32,000 nucleotides of DNA. Source: Zygophlyctis sp. KS116. Its lineage: Eukaryota; Fungi; Chytridiomycota. Under the pieces are notes generated by a model. That model saw nothing but the letters and a program-made list of their open reading frames with translations. It was not told the DNA's origin and searched no databases. The position numbers and the translations under genes are program-made. The DNA lies in assembly GCA_054661495.1 (NCBI GenBank), contig BAAFSQ010000075.1:1-32000 (forward strand), given 5' to 3'. Of this stretch, positions 1-11,959 are shown piece after piece (the stretch's first letter is position 1; each line of letters opens with the position of its first letter).

Positions 1-190
1 GAATGATCTATGGACGATTTCACGCGGTTTTTAATTGTTTTATCAGTGTACTTACACAAATATGTGTGCATTTGCTTTATCAATCTGATGATCAGCCTCC
101 GCAAGCGATTCATCGGTAGAAAGTGATTCATCGGTACGCACTAATTAAATCAAATAATTTTAATCAAAAATGATTCAAAATTAAATAGTT

Positions 191-1988
191 TTATTCCTTT
201 ACTGAGTATAATCCATTCGAGAATTCAATATTTCTGTAGGTTGAGTTATTTTGAGCTTCTTGCAGTCCTTTTGTTACATCCCAAGTTGGAGCAGTAATTT
301 TGAAATCCCCATTTTTTGATTCAAGCAAATCTAGAAGCATTAAAACAGAGTGTGGTAAGAGTAATCCCTTAATAACCATCATATATCCTTCTACCGATAA
401 ATGTTGGATTTTCGTAGATCGAAGAACCTATACTTGTTAGCATGAAAGATTCACCTCCGATGTTTTTAGAGTGGAATTTAAAAAGGGTTCAGAAGAATAT
501 AATTGAGGAAGCGAGAATGCTCTTTTGTCTGTGCGCGGCTCTGTCCATTTGAGTAAAAAATCATATAGACCGTGAACCTGACATATCCCATTGAAAACTA
601 AACAACCATTACCCCTATGGTTAAACTAGTTTCTTTACAGAGATTTCACATTTTGCTTAGCTTCTGCTTCCAATTTATTTTTAGCCGATTCGTCCGATTC
701 TTGATAAATAAAGGAGCGCTTCAATTCTGAGACAGAATGGTCACTATTTGATTTAGTTATAAAATCCAAGCCTAAATGTAAACATAAACTCGATAATTTT
801 ACCATCTTCTGTTAAAGCTTTTCTTAAACCTATGGTAGATGAAGATACATATGCATCCAATTTTTTGTCCGAATTTTGTAAAAATAATACAGAGAATTCT
901 GAATTTACATAGTATAAATACTTTGATTTTAAGTTTTTCACCATAAAATAAGCAGAACGAAAGGCCACTTTCCTATTTCTTTAAAAAATACAGCTATACC
1001 ATTCTTGTACACTCTCCTTGAAATATTCCCAATCTGGACTCTCATTATCTCTTAAAACCCCGTTATTTTCAGCTTTTCCAATAATTTTTGAAATTAGAGC
1101 TACATGTGAAGGAGCTCTTGACCCATTCGGATAAGCCCAATATAGTAAAGCCTTATCAAAACACTCTTTAAAATTTCCAGAATCAATTAAAGTAGACTTT
1201 GTAAATCCAAATAAAGCTTCACATTCCTCTTTTGAACTCTTACTTGTACACCAATCAAAAGACTTGCTAGAGACTATATTCCATTCTTTTTTAAGTGACC
1301 AATCTATAGGAATTTTCTTTAGTTGCTTTAAAGACTTTTGAACCACTGATTTTTCTTGATCTTCTAAATCTGAAGAATCTTGCTGCAGAGATTCTTCATC
1401 TGTTGAAACTTCCTCTTCCTTGAACGTATTAATACTCGATGTTATCCCATTTTTCAACTCTATTGCACAAGTAGATTTACAAGTAGATTTACAAGTAGAT
1501 TTCTTCAATAACAAATCCAACACTTGATTATTTTCCAAACTTTTTAAAACATTATTCTTTCTAGTTTTAGATTTTGTAATTTTTCTAGTTTTAGTCTTTT
1601 TGGTAAACATGATTGTTGAATCTTCCTTATCAGACATTACTAATTCATTGTCCTCTGAAGATGACTCTGACAAGTACTGTTGTGAATAATCCTAATAATT
1701 TAAAAATACAAAATACTCTTTCTATACAATTTGAATTTTTTGAGAGAAATTCAAATGGATTTTTTATAGCAGTGAGTTTCTTTTGAAATGGTAAATTAAG
1801 TGGTTGAACTCTTTTACTTTCTGTGCCATCACTTTTACCATTCCCAGGTATACTTTTACCTGCATTTCCACGAGAACTTGAACCTTTTTCAGTCAATGTA
1901 ACCAATGTATTCTGTCTTTTCAACTGTTTTTCCTAATTTCAACAATAAAAGTCATTACTCTAACTTGAGATAAATTACTTCTCTTCAT
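191..1988 (-). CDS. DONSON: DONSON (downstream neighbor of SON), replisome/CMG assembly factor, 7 exons
   Basis: Manual splicing of six GT-AG introns (26,25,27,31,24,27 nt) gives MKRSNLSQVR-EKQL...PIDWSLKKEWNIVSSKSFDW...LLYWAYP...WKVAFRSAY...SSSTIGLRKAL...LVFNGICQVHGLYDFLL...LPQLYSSEPFLNS, which are recognisable DONSON motifs. Joins ORFs 1645-1923, 981-1673, 753-968 and 191-382. Confidence 0.85.
1468..1503 (-). repeat. 12-nt coding tandem repeat (about 3 copies) encoding KSTCKSTCKSTC in the DONSON N-terminal low-complexity region
   Basis: caagtagattta repeated on the + strand. Confidence 0.85.
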
Positions 1989-2054
1989 TCTTTTTACAAA
2001 TATTAATATCGGACACTATTAGTAAACTATCGGATTTATTAAAAGATGCAATAA

Positions 2055-2366
2055 TTATAGGTATTTGTTGATTAGATCCAGTAGAAATTGTGAATGTTTT
2101 TCAGTAAATCTATCATCATATTCTTCTATTAGCACAGATAATTCAACTAGACTCTTTGGTTTGTGATTTATCAAATGTAATTGCTCCAGTCTATTTAGAG
2201 ACAATGACTCAATTTCTTTCAAAAAAGTAGAAATTAAATCAGATTTTTGATCTGAATTGACTTTTAAATGCTTTAAAATCTCAAAATCTAGAGTATTTAG
2301 ATCTTGGTTTTTGGGATCCTTGCTCTCTGATTTGACAAGATTAAGAATTTCAAAATTAGTCAGCAT
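2055..2366 (-). CDS. RPC17: RNA polymerase III subunit RPC17/RPC9 (Rpb4/HRDC-like); start codon uncertain
   Basis: MLTNFEILNLV...LEQLHLINHKPKSLVELSVLIEEYDDRFTE matches the LSNYEV...EKLQLIN.RP...VEL..IIEE..ERF pattern. The first in-frame ATG is at 2366. An upstream MRIIKTR mini-exon (ATG 2416) is possible. Confidence 0.8.
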   Translation of the reverse strand: MLTNFEILNLVKSESKDPKNQDLNTLDFEILKHLKVNSDQKSDLISTFLKEIESLSLNRLEQLHLINHKPKSLVELSVLIEEYDDRFTEKHSQFLLDLINKYL

Positions 2367-2405
2367 TCTTTGTATTATTCTTTTTTTTAAATCACCCTTG
2401 TCTTT

Positions 2406-3028
2406 ATGATTCTCATACAGCAAGGAGCAGAGGCAAAAGTCTATAAATCTACCAGAGACGGAATAGATATAATCATTAAACAAAGAGTCAAAAAAGCTTA
2501 TAGAATTCCAGAATTAGATGAGAAAATAACTAGAAAAAGGAATGCAAAAGAATACAAGATTCTCTTGAAATTACAAAATTTAGGATTTGTTCCTAATCTA
2601 TTGTCTAAAACTAGTGATTCTATTACTATGGAATATATTAGTGATGTGTCTCTAAGAGATTTATTGCAAGATTTAAAGGCTACAGAATTAAATGAAATTT
2701 CTCAAAAAATATCTATTCTAATCTCTAAATTACACAATCTAAATGTCATTCATGGAGATTTAACTTGTTCAAATATTCTTTTTAGAGAATCTTTTTTTCT
2801 AATTGATTTTGGACTTTCTACAATTTCTCCTTCAATAGAAGATAAAGCAGTAGACTTGTATGTTTTAAAGAAATCACTTGATGCTCTAAATTCAGAAATA
2901 AGTGAAGAGGAAAGTTTATTTAGTTTAATTCCTAGTTTTTTGATGTTTTTTGTAAACATTATTCAGAACCTCTTGTTTTAAAGAGATTAAAAGTCGTGGA
3001 AAGTAGAGGTAGAAAGATTAATGACTAG
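2406..3028 (+). CDS. BUD32: KEOPS complex atypical kinase Bud32/TP53RK, 2 exons (2406-2909, 2936-3028)
   Basis: IQQGAEAKVY, KQRVKKAYRIPELD, HGDLTCSN, IDFGLS and EDKAVDLYVL motifs. The conserved C-terminus FFDVFCKHYSEPLVLKRLKVVESRGRK lies in another frame and needs removal of a 26-nt intron. Confidence 0.92.
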
Positions 3029-3300
3029 AACCAGGTGCTGGATAGTGAGAAGTAGATCTAATAGGAGTTATTAGTAAATTCATTTGAGCCATATATGTAA
3101 ACGCCCACCTTTTTCTTAACAAATTAAAGACTTACATTGCCCAAACACAAAAAGTTGAGAGTACAATGACAGTCTGATAAACACTTTAATAAATTTAAAA
3201 TAAATTACACTCTATCAGGGCCTCTAGGGAAATAATATGCAGCAAGACAAGCTACAGAATTTAAAACTAGAAAAGTAACAAGAACTGGGATTCCAGACAT
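3018..3300 (-). CDS. VMA9: V-ATPase V0 subunit e, 3 exons; absent from the ORF track
   Basis: Removing introns 3184-3208 (25 nt) and 3109-3135 (27 nt) gives MSGIPVLVTFLVLNSVACLAAYYFPRGPDRVVYQTVIVLSTFCVWAMWAFTYMAQMNLLITPIRSTSHYPAPGSSH*. It has two TM segments and the P.GP.R...C.W..WA..Y.AQ..L..P signature. Confidence 0.9.
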
Positions 3301-3440
3301 TTTTTTTTAATTTCCTTTTTTAAGAATATTTCAAGTCTCAACTCTGTCCATTATAAGTTTTAATAAACTAGTTTTAAAGTCTAATAAATATGCTTTAAAA
3401 TTATTACCCTCAACTCTGATCTATAACCCCAAATGGACAC

Positions 3441-3467
3441 AAGCACCAAAAGGGATTTTTGGTGCTT
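3441..3467. repeat. Perfect 11-bp inverted repeat (hairpin) in intergenic DNA
   Basis: AAGCACCAAAA-GGGAT-TTTTGGTGCTT. Confidence 0.8.
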
Positions 3468-3584
3468 AGACTGTCAATTTATCTTAATAACTATAAAGAA
3501 TTCAAACTGGACTTTTAATTTGACTAGAATGTTTAGAAATCCTCAAGTTTTAGTATTATATTCACGTTTAATTTTGGAAAATCA

Positions 3585-3657
3585 GGTCCCATAGTGTAGG
3601 TGGTCATCACGACAGACTTTGAATCTGTAGACCTGAGTTCGAATCTCGGTGGGACCT
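3585..3657 (+). tRNA. tRNA-Gln (anticodon TTG), intronless
   Basis: Acceptor stem GGTCCCA/TGGGACC, anticodon arm ACAGA-CTTTGAA-TCTGT, T-loop GTTCGAATC, followed by an oligo-T run. Confidence 0.96.
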
Positions 3658-3661
3658 TTTT
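3657..3661 (+). terminator. Pol III oligo-T terminator of the tRNA
   Basis: TTTTT directly at the tRNA 3' end. Confidence 0.6.
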
Positions 3662-3846
3662 ATCATTATTGGCAAACTTTTTAATAAATAAATACGCTAA
3701 AACAACTTAAATGCGTGCCACAAGACTGCTGATACTCTTTACAATATACAGATTTTACAATTCATATATAAGATTGTGTCTTGGGCATGCATGGTTCTAT
3801 ATATATTATCAAGCATTATAGATCTTGTACATCAAACCCTAAAAAA

Positions 3847-4294
3847 ATGTCAAAATTGAGATTATTAGTTCCAGCTGGTAAGGCTGCTCCCACTCCTCCA
3901 GTTGGTCCTGCATTGGGTCAGAGAGGTGTAAAGTCTATGGATTTTTGCAAAAAGTTTAATGAATTAACGTAAGAGATTGATTCATTTTATCATTAGATCT
4001 CATTACACTCCAGGAATCCCCCTTCCAACATTGATTCATATTAATCCCGACAAGTCATTCACTTTTGAGGTCAAGGCTCCTGCAACATCTTGGCTGTTGA
4101 AACAAGCTGCTGGTATTGAAAAGGGATCTGCACGGCCAAAAAATGTGACTGCTGCTACATTGTCTCTAAAACATATTTATGAAATTGCTCTTATAAAATC
4201 AAAAGATAAAGTACTGCAAGATTGTTCTCTAGAACAGGTTGCATCAAGGATCATTGGTCAAGCTCTGGGTATGGGGATTGAAATTGTTGAGTGA
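3847..4294 (+). CDS. MRPL11: Mitochondrial ribosomal protein uL11m, 2 exons (28-nt intron 3969-3996)
   Basis: [38 protein letters not shown]...[23 protein letters not shown]...LKHIYEIA...[11 protein letters not shown]. Confidence 0.95.
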
Positions 4295-4369
4295 TTGTGA
4301 GTCGATCCGTTTGGCTGGATTGGGAATTATTTTTAATAGATGGGATTTTTTGAATTAGAACTGATTTTA

Positions 4370-7300
4370 TTACATGATCTGGTTAGTTATAATCATCATA
4401 CTTGAGCTTTATTGCTTTCCAAGGAAGTCTTGAGCATAAGTTCTTGTAGAATTTCCTTGTCTGGGTACTCTGGCAGAGAAATCAAATCAATTGCTTCAGA
4501 TCGCAGTCGCAATTGATCTATAACTATTATAAGTGGAAAATTACAATCTTTCAAAGGTATACCAAGAATTCCAATATATTGAATCATTTTGATGCATGTC
4601 TTTCGGACGTTGGAATCAATATCACGCCAACCATCGATTAGTAAAGTTATAATCTGAGAAATGACTTTTTGATCGGATATTAAGCTAGATAATTGAGCCA
4701 ATAAACATAAGAAATCTGCTCGCTACTTATAAATCCATAATTATATCACCTCTCCAAATCCATCTTGCGAGCATTTTCCTATTAACTCAACAATGAAGCA
4801 ATCAAGTCGCTCCTTCAAAAAAGGCTTGAAAGCAGCTTCTTTAGATTTACCTAATTGAGAGGATAAAAATAAACTTAGTCCATCAATCGCAAGAATCCTT
4901 AATCCTCTGTGCTCATTTTTCAGATATTGTGAAAGAAATTCGAAATATTCCACAAGAATTTTTTCATCAGTCTCTGTTCATATTAAAGAAACTTATGCTT
5001 ACCATTGGTTATCGAAATAAACTTTGAAAGAGCCGATAAAAGATTTAGAGAAACACTGTTTAATGCAGATAGCCTTTCACTCTAAAATTAAAAAATGTTT
5101 TAAACCTTTGTATCTATCATGGCGGTTAATTCGCTTGTTTTTTCTTCTAAACTAGATAATTTATTTGACCTTCCAGTTTTAACAATTTCAAGAGATGCCT
5201 CTTGATTAAGTTGTCTGATAGATTTAACTGCTTCATATCTAGAATTATCATAAGTAATTTACTGCTCATCGTCGAATATCGGTATATCAACAAACTCAGA
5301 ACAATAGAAAAATGAATCTTCCAAGTTAGCAAAAAGAGAATCTCTAATATTCGAGGCCCCTTCCGAACAATAATGGATCAGATCTTGCATCTGCTTCACC
5401 CACTGATTTAAATTGCTACCTTCTATCCCTTCGAAAGCAATAATGAAATTTGAGATAACATTTAACTGATGAATTAAGCTACTGCTCGAGTCTTGATCAC
5501 CGTACTGAAACGTCTGCCTTGCTTCATTTTCATTGTCAAAAGTTTCCTGGCGAATATCTATTCAGTTTTAGTTATCATGAACAGTACTGGATTCAACCAT
5601 TTCGAGCAGCGCTGAAACAAGATCATTCCCAACCATTTTATTACACGATAGGAATTGATGCAATAATAAAGATGTCTTTAATTCGGCAATCTAGAGATGA
5701 ATTTTGAGTCATGATACCTTGGCATTTTTTTGAAACTCGGGCTTGTAGTTCCCTGCTTTGTATTTGTCCAAAATCGATTGGAATATGCCTAAAGTATGGG
5801 GCAACGTCGACCTTTGAAAATAGGACTCAGATAATCCATAAAATTTCATAAACTGCTTCCTACATTCTGAGTTATAATATTTAAGATTGAAATCGTCGTT
5901 TGAGAATCCAACTACTGAGGGAATCTCTATTATCTTCGATAAATCAGCAGGCAAGCTGTTCACTTCATTAGAATTTAAGGAAGACATTTTGGCCATTAAA
6001 GGTTCGAAGAAACCATTTTCAGAAAAAATAATCTTAGCTTTCTGCTGTACCTGGTTTAAGTTTAGATGAAATTATTTACTTCTTCATTCGAATCAGCAAG
6101 ATATAAGAGAATAAACCATGTTAGTTCATCTTGAGATAAAACTTTCATAAATACAGGGAAACAATCGAGCGACTTTAATCGTCGTTTTGGGTCTGTGGAT
6201 TCAATTTCCTAAATTTAATAAAAATCTAAATACCTTTCTTGCAATTTCTACAAGCTTTCTATGCAATGGTGTCTTCAATTCATTTTCTAATTTTACGACC
6301 GCAGTTAAGGAGCTTATCACCTGGAAATGTAATGAGGAATCATTATTATTTTCTAGGAAAGTATTGACCGCTTCACATACATGATATAAATCCGATTCAT
6401 TCAATACAGGGGCCATTTCAACTAAAAATACATTATTAATTATTGGATATACCTACTAAATACAGAGCATATATCCGTTTTTGAATTGAAAATCGATCCG
6501 AATTGATAACCGGACAAAACTTTTGAATGATTTCCGTAATATTATCACCACATTGTTCACGAATTGACTGAGCCAATACAATCAAAGTTAAAATATCGCC
6601 TTCATTCGACGCAGGGGAAGATAAAATCTTACCGACAATCTGTTTTAGCGCTCTAGCAGAGCCTTCTAGTTCATAAAACAAAGATTAATGTACCGGAGAT
6701 TTTTTTCAACCCGGCAATACAAGCCTCTATTAGGATTATATTTTCTGAATTTAGATCCCTGCCAACCTCATTAATCAAAAGATCTGATATTTCAGCAGAT
6801 GTCCCCTCATGAATAACAGCAAATTGAGACATCACCAAAATTGCTCCAAGCTGATTTGCCGAATTGTTTTTCATATCCTGTAAATAAAAAAGTACTTCGG
6901 CTGCATTTCTATCTGGCACAATCCCTGCCATGGATTGCGATAAAACATGGAATCTTTTGATCAATTTTTCAGAGACTGTAGGCAAGTAAAATCCATCATA
7001 TTCAATGGGCTAAATTAATGAGTTGAAAACCTTATTCTTACCATTGACTCAAGTGGCCGTTCGGCAATTAGTTCGTATAAGTCATAGGGAATATCAGATA
7101 TGTCTTTAGGTGAAAGAGAAAGCTGCTCAAGCCGTAATGAATCTTCAACCTTTTTAGAGGCCTTAAATGAAAAATCGAGCTGGGGGATATCTTCCAATTG
7201 TCTGGGGTTAGAAACTAGTATAATTACAGGTTAGTTTTTTCAATGTTATCTTCAGCGCTTTTCGGAAGAACTTTAGATAGTGAATCTTGGAGAGAAGGCA

Positions 7301-10300
7301 TATTTCGCAAAAATCTAATGAATACTAGCCTCACTTTTTTAATTGGGTCGGCATATAACGGAAGAATAATCCAAATAATAACTGCGCTCTGGGCTGTATC
7401 AAGTAAAGGCAACTAGAAGCAATTTAATACTGAAATAAATACCATTGTCAAAATAGATGATAATGCAGCTGATCTGACGGAAGGATCCGGATTTGAGAAA
7501 AACTTCAGTAAATTCTGGCATTTGATATAAGCAGAAGCGGTATCCTCCAGCATACCAAGCGCCTGAATATCAATGCATTTAACTCCTAAAGTCAATTAAA
7601 TCAATCTTGATTTACTAGCCAGCTGAAAAGTATCTAATTTTGATAGCCAAGGATCGCTGGCGATGCTGGCATTATTCTCACCATTTAGGGTGTATAATTC
7701 ATTAGAGACGTAATCTTGAAAATCATCCATATGACTAATGCTAGCATTTCGGAAAACGAGCAAATAAATATTTGATGCCATGTACGATAAGGGATCATTT
7801 TTATCCACCAGAGATGAACGAGCTAGATCTCGGATTTCCTCCAGCTTAGTAGCTATGCAGTTCGGAAAAGAGAGGAGAGACACAAGTATAAAGTCAAACG
7901 CTGCCATTTTCAGAACAGTTGATGAAGTGTTGTGTAACATACCGATAACTTGATCCATATTGTAGATCATAAGAGACCTTGAAATTTGAGGGATTTTCAA
8001 GCGTATAATTAAAGAAATTATGAGTAAAGCAGAACTATCTTTTAACTTGTGAAGATATTACCATTGATAAGTCAAGTTTTTACAAGGGATCATTTGCTTG
8101 CAAGTCAATTCTAGGAGAGTCATGACCCTCTCGTAATTTAAAGATAGACCTTTAATACAGCATTTGACAAGACTGACACATGAAATTCTAAAAATAAGTA
8201 AGTATGATTACTTTCTAACTTGTATATTAGCAGAGCCGCAAGAAGGAAGGATTGTTGACATAAAGCCTAATATAAATCTCCTCTTCCCGATATACGTAGC
8301 TGGCATGGTATCTCTCCTCGCAGAAAGATCATTCTAGTTGTTTTAATCATAAAACTACTTACTAAGAATGGCGGTGGATATAAATTCAACTTGGAGCATA
8401 TGATTGCTATCCAAGATGAGGAATGAACAAATGTTGCACTGAAATTATAGTCATCGGGGTTGATAATCTGATCATCCGGAGAGTCAGCAGCGAAAAAATA
8501 CCAATATTGATCAATCAAACTTGGTAACCCCAAATATTCAATCAATTCTTTTTCCCCAGATGCAGATATAGACGTTGCAAATGAATCTAATATTTCAAAA
8601 TACATTAAACGAGAGCCATCAGTAGCCGCCTTAATTTTGTCCAGAAAGTTCATTGAATTTCCTAGAAAAATCCCAGATTTGTTAATAAGGTAAGTTATAA
8701 TCAAATCAATACTTTGAAAATTAATAAAAACTATTACCAAGGTATATGCTCATCTCCTAATGATAGTATAAGGATAGCATTGACTAAGTGGACTAAATTT
8801 AATGTTATTGAATGAGGTATCAATGCCCCTAAATTTTCATATGCTGCCATCCTGATAGTCGAACAACTGCTTAACGTCAGCCTAAAAACAACAAAAAGGT
8901 ACTAAATATTGATTTGAGAGCGATATACCTCTTCTATGACTTCGCGAGGCATTATATCAAGTGGATATTCTCTAGCTAACTGCAAGCCTTCTAAAAGGAC
9001 ACTCTAACAGTAAAAGAAAAAACATTACAGATTCCGTTTCGATATTTAGAATAGATGCGATATATGACCATAAAAACGATATTTCTCCTGCAGAAGTTAG
9101 CCGTAAGGCCGGTAAGAATCTCCTACATATTTTCAATGCCGAATGCTGAACTTTAGGATTAGAGTCTTTTGTCAAGGGTGAGACTGTCTGCAAGAAAAAC
9201 ATATCCACCTTTTGGCAAGTCCCAGCCCAAGAGCCAATTAGTTCTAATTGCTTGAGCTTTAAAGGAAGAGGTAAATATTCAAGTGCTGTAGTTAGCTTTT
9301 GAAGAAGCTTGATAGTGAGGGGCGGGCTAACTTTTATGATGGAATGTATAATCTTGAATATCCCAGCTTCATATCCAACATTCATTTTTGATCGATGCAG
9401 CTGAATAAGTTCTTTGGCTTCCACAATATCCGGACCATCAGCCAAATCAATCATTCCCAAGTATAAGAGAGTGGTTAAATAGTCAGTATCAACTAAACCT
9501 GAGGCGATAAATATAAATAAGTGTCTTGATTCATCAAGCAAATTTGGGCTTAATTTCAGAGCATTGTATAAGAAAATACATGCTCCATATCTAATAATAG
9601 GAGAACTAGAGCGATAATGATTGGTTAATGATGTTAAGAAATCATTTAACAAGAATGACCCCGATTTTAAGCGTCCTTCAGGAGTTACTGGCAGCGCAAA
9701 TAAAAGATACTTTTGGAATGCCCATCCAAGCAATTCAAATGACGATTCATCATATGAATTTAGAATATTGAGAAACATTTTAAATCCTATTCCATTGTTT
9801 TGATCTTTAGTTGTCGCATCTGATTTAATATTTGAATTCGAAAAAATATTTTGAATTGAATTCTTGATTTCAGCAATTTCTGAATGAAACTATTTGAATT
9901 AAAAATTTAAAAAAATTACTTTGATTTTTAATCGCAACAGACATTCAATGACGTTTCTTGCTAAAGATGTATCCACTTTTACATACAAAGGTGCCAATAA
10001 TCCTAGTCCCTTTATAATTACGATCCGATCTTGAATAGTGGTAGAATCGTGCGGTGTAGATCCCAACAAGAAAAATAAGTTCCATATTGCAGCAAGATTA
10101 TCTTCTTCTTGAAATATTTTTTCATTTTCAAAAACTAGTCTAACCAATGCACTATTACATACACCTCGAGTATACCAATCTGAATCTTTACGATAGACTT
10201 CCAACCTTGCTACCAGCGCAATTGCCATAAGATTCAAGCTCTTTCCAATCGACTGAAATAAATTATGAATACGAGTGCAATTATCTATGCTTTAAACTAA

Positions 10301-10685
10301 TAAACTTACCATTGATATCAGCCAAAAATTCGCCAATAGCATTATCGATTTTTGGATCACTGCAAAGAAATTTCTCGTCTAAAATCGCGGCCAGTTGTGT
10401 AAGCAGCGTAGCAGATTTTATCCTTACTGAAGAAATTGGGTATCCCAAATTAGATATAAGACTAGTTGCAAGTTGAACGGCATTTGTTTCTAATACATCT
10501 TCCAGGTGAAATATTTTAGTTGATTCGGACTGAGAGATAACAGTCTTTTGAGAATTCATGACATTATTAGACAAGTCAGAGACTGGATTTGATGACAAAG
10601 AATTCTGAGCCAGTTTTGTCCAATTAATTATGGAACTACGAATGCTGTTAGGAAACGTAAAAGTTATTGTGTGTTGTCGCTCCAT
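4370..10685 (-). CDS. Large (~1,900 aa) uncharacterised HEAT/ARM-like alpha-solenoid protein, about 23-25 exons
   Basis: The minus-strand ORF fragments from 10281-10685 to 4396-4701 join into one frame through 22-24 GT-AG introns of 23-32 nt. It has recurrent HEAT-like motifs: DPSVRSAALS, DSNPKVQHSAL, DIDSNVRKTC, SSPIIRYGAC, DPIKKVR. The last intron and 3' end are uncertain. Confidence 0.8.
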
Positions 10686-10771
10686 TTTCGCGAAGATTCG
10701 TCCGAACTCCGAGTAAACATAATTATATCAGTGTATGTGTAAAATTGTACAATCATTTATTTACAAACAAT

Positions 10772-11904
10772 TCATTCTTCGTCGCAGTGATTGCAAGCGT
10801 TCAAAATTGCTTGAATCTCTCTTGATTCTTCCGATGAAGATATGTTCAGTAACCCTGCCAACTGTTTTTGACTTAGAAACAATGTCCTCATTTTTACTAT
10901 ATTAGAATCCTCCATTTTTTCTAAATGCATCCAAACACCAAGAATGATTAAACTTGGAGGTATTCCAATGCATAAATAGTCTAAAAATTAAAAAATATTT
11001 AATGAAATACCCTGTATGATAAAATCAAAGTATTTGTTAAATTTATACATGATATCCCGTCTAAGCAGAGTTGAGGGTGAATTGATCTTGAACAAATTAT
11101 GTTCTGGCTTAATTTCAGCGTCAAAAATATCAGGAGTTCCAAGTGAATTGAAGATTTCATGCAACAAAGTCTAAAATGTTTAAAAAAACAGAATACATGA
11201 GGAGTAACGATATTAAAATCCCAATCAAGCGCCGCAATAGCCTTTCTCTCCATTCTTTTTAAATCCTTAATATTATGATCATCTATTGAAACATTTGCCA
11301 TCTCGGTACATGTAGGCTCCAAAATTTCTTCATACACTTTAGCCGAAATGAAAACACAAGTAAGTGCCAACAAATTGAATTGTTTTCTCTGAGTCACTTT
11401 GACTTTTGACAAGTATATATCCAAGTATGCTACAGCAATATAGAAAGTTTCATCTAAAAATAGAAAATCCAGACAAATGCCCTTCATAAAAAACACCAAT
11501 TCTATGATCAGCATTAAATTATAAATACCACTTCTTCTAGACTTTTTGAAATGCCCATTCTGCCTAGTCTGCATATAATCGGGATTGGCAAGTATCCTAC
11601 ATTCCTTATCAATTAAATGCTGAAGAGCCTTTGACGGGCGCCTAGATACATTTCCCAATCTACTTATCGGACCTCCTCTAAGACCAAAAACAGCAGGCGA
11701 AAGAACACTATTATCCAGATCAATGATTTCATGCTGCTTCTCTATTGTGGTTTTGGAAGATACCGGAGTGAGATAACCAAAGTTTGGAGACTCAAACAGC
11801 TTCTGGATGGACTGGGGAAGAGATTCAGTGACATGATTCCAGACGCTAGACCATGATTGGTCAATCTTTTGTCGCTTACTATCATTAGAGTGTGGACTTA
11901 ACAT
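10772..11904 (-). CDS. Cyclin (cyclin box; D/E-like by eye), about 4 exons
   Basis: LIDKE...PDYM...R.ELVFFMKGIC...DETFYIAVAYLDIYLS...FNLLALTCVFISAKVYE...DLKRMERKAIAALDWDFNIVTP. Introns of 27, 26 and 30 nt extend it to TGA at 10772. The first ATG is at 11904 (the track's start at 11943 is TTG). Confidence 0.9.
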
Positions 11905-11959
11905 TGGAAATATTTCAGCCCTAACGGACTCTACAATGTACAAGTTCCGATTAAATTAT

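Noticed and set aside
3009-3034. Possible extra 26-nt GT-AG intron at the BUD32 3' end
   Set aside because: It would delete the conserved RK of RGRK and is not needed for a complete frame.
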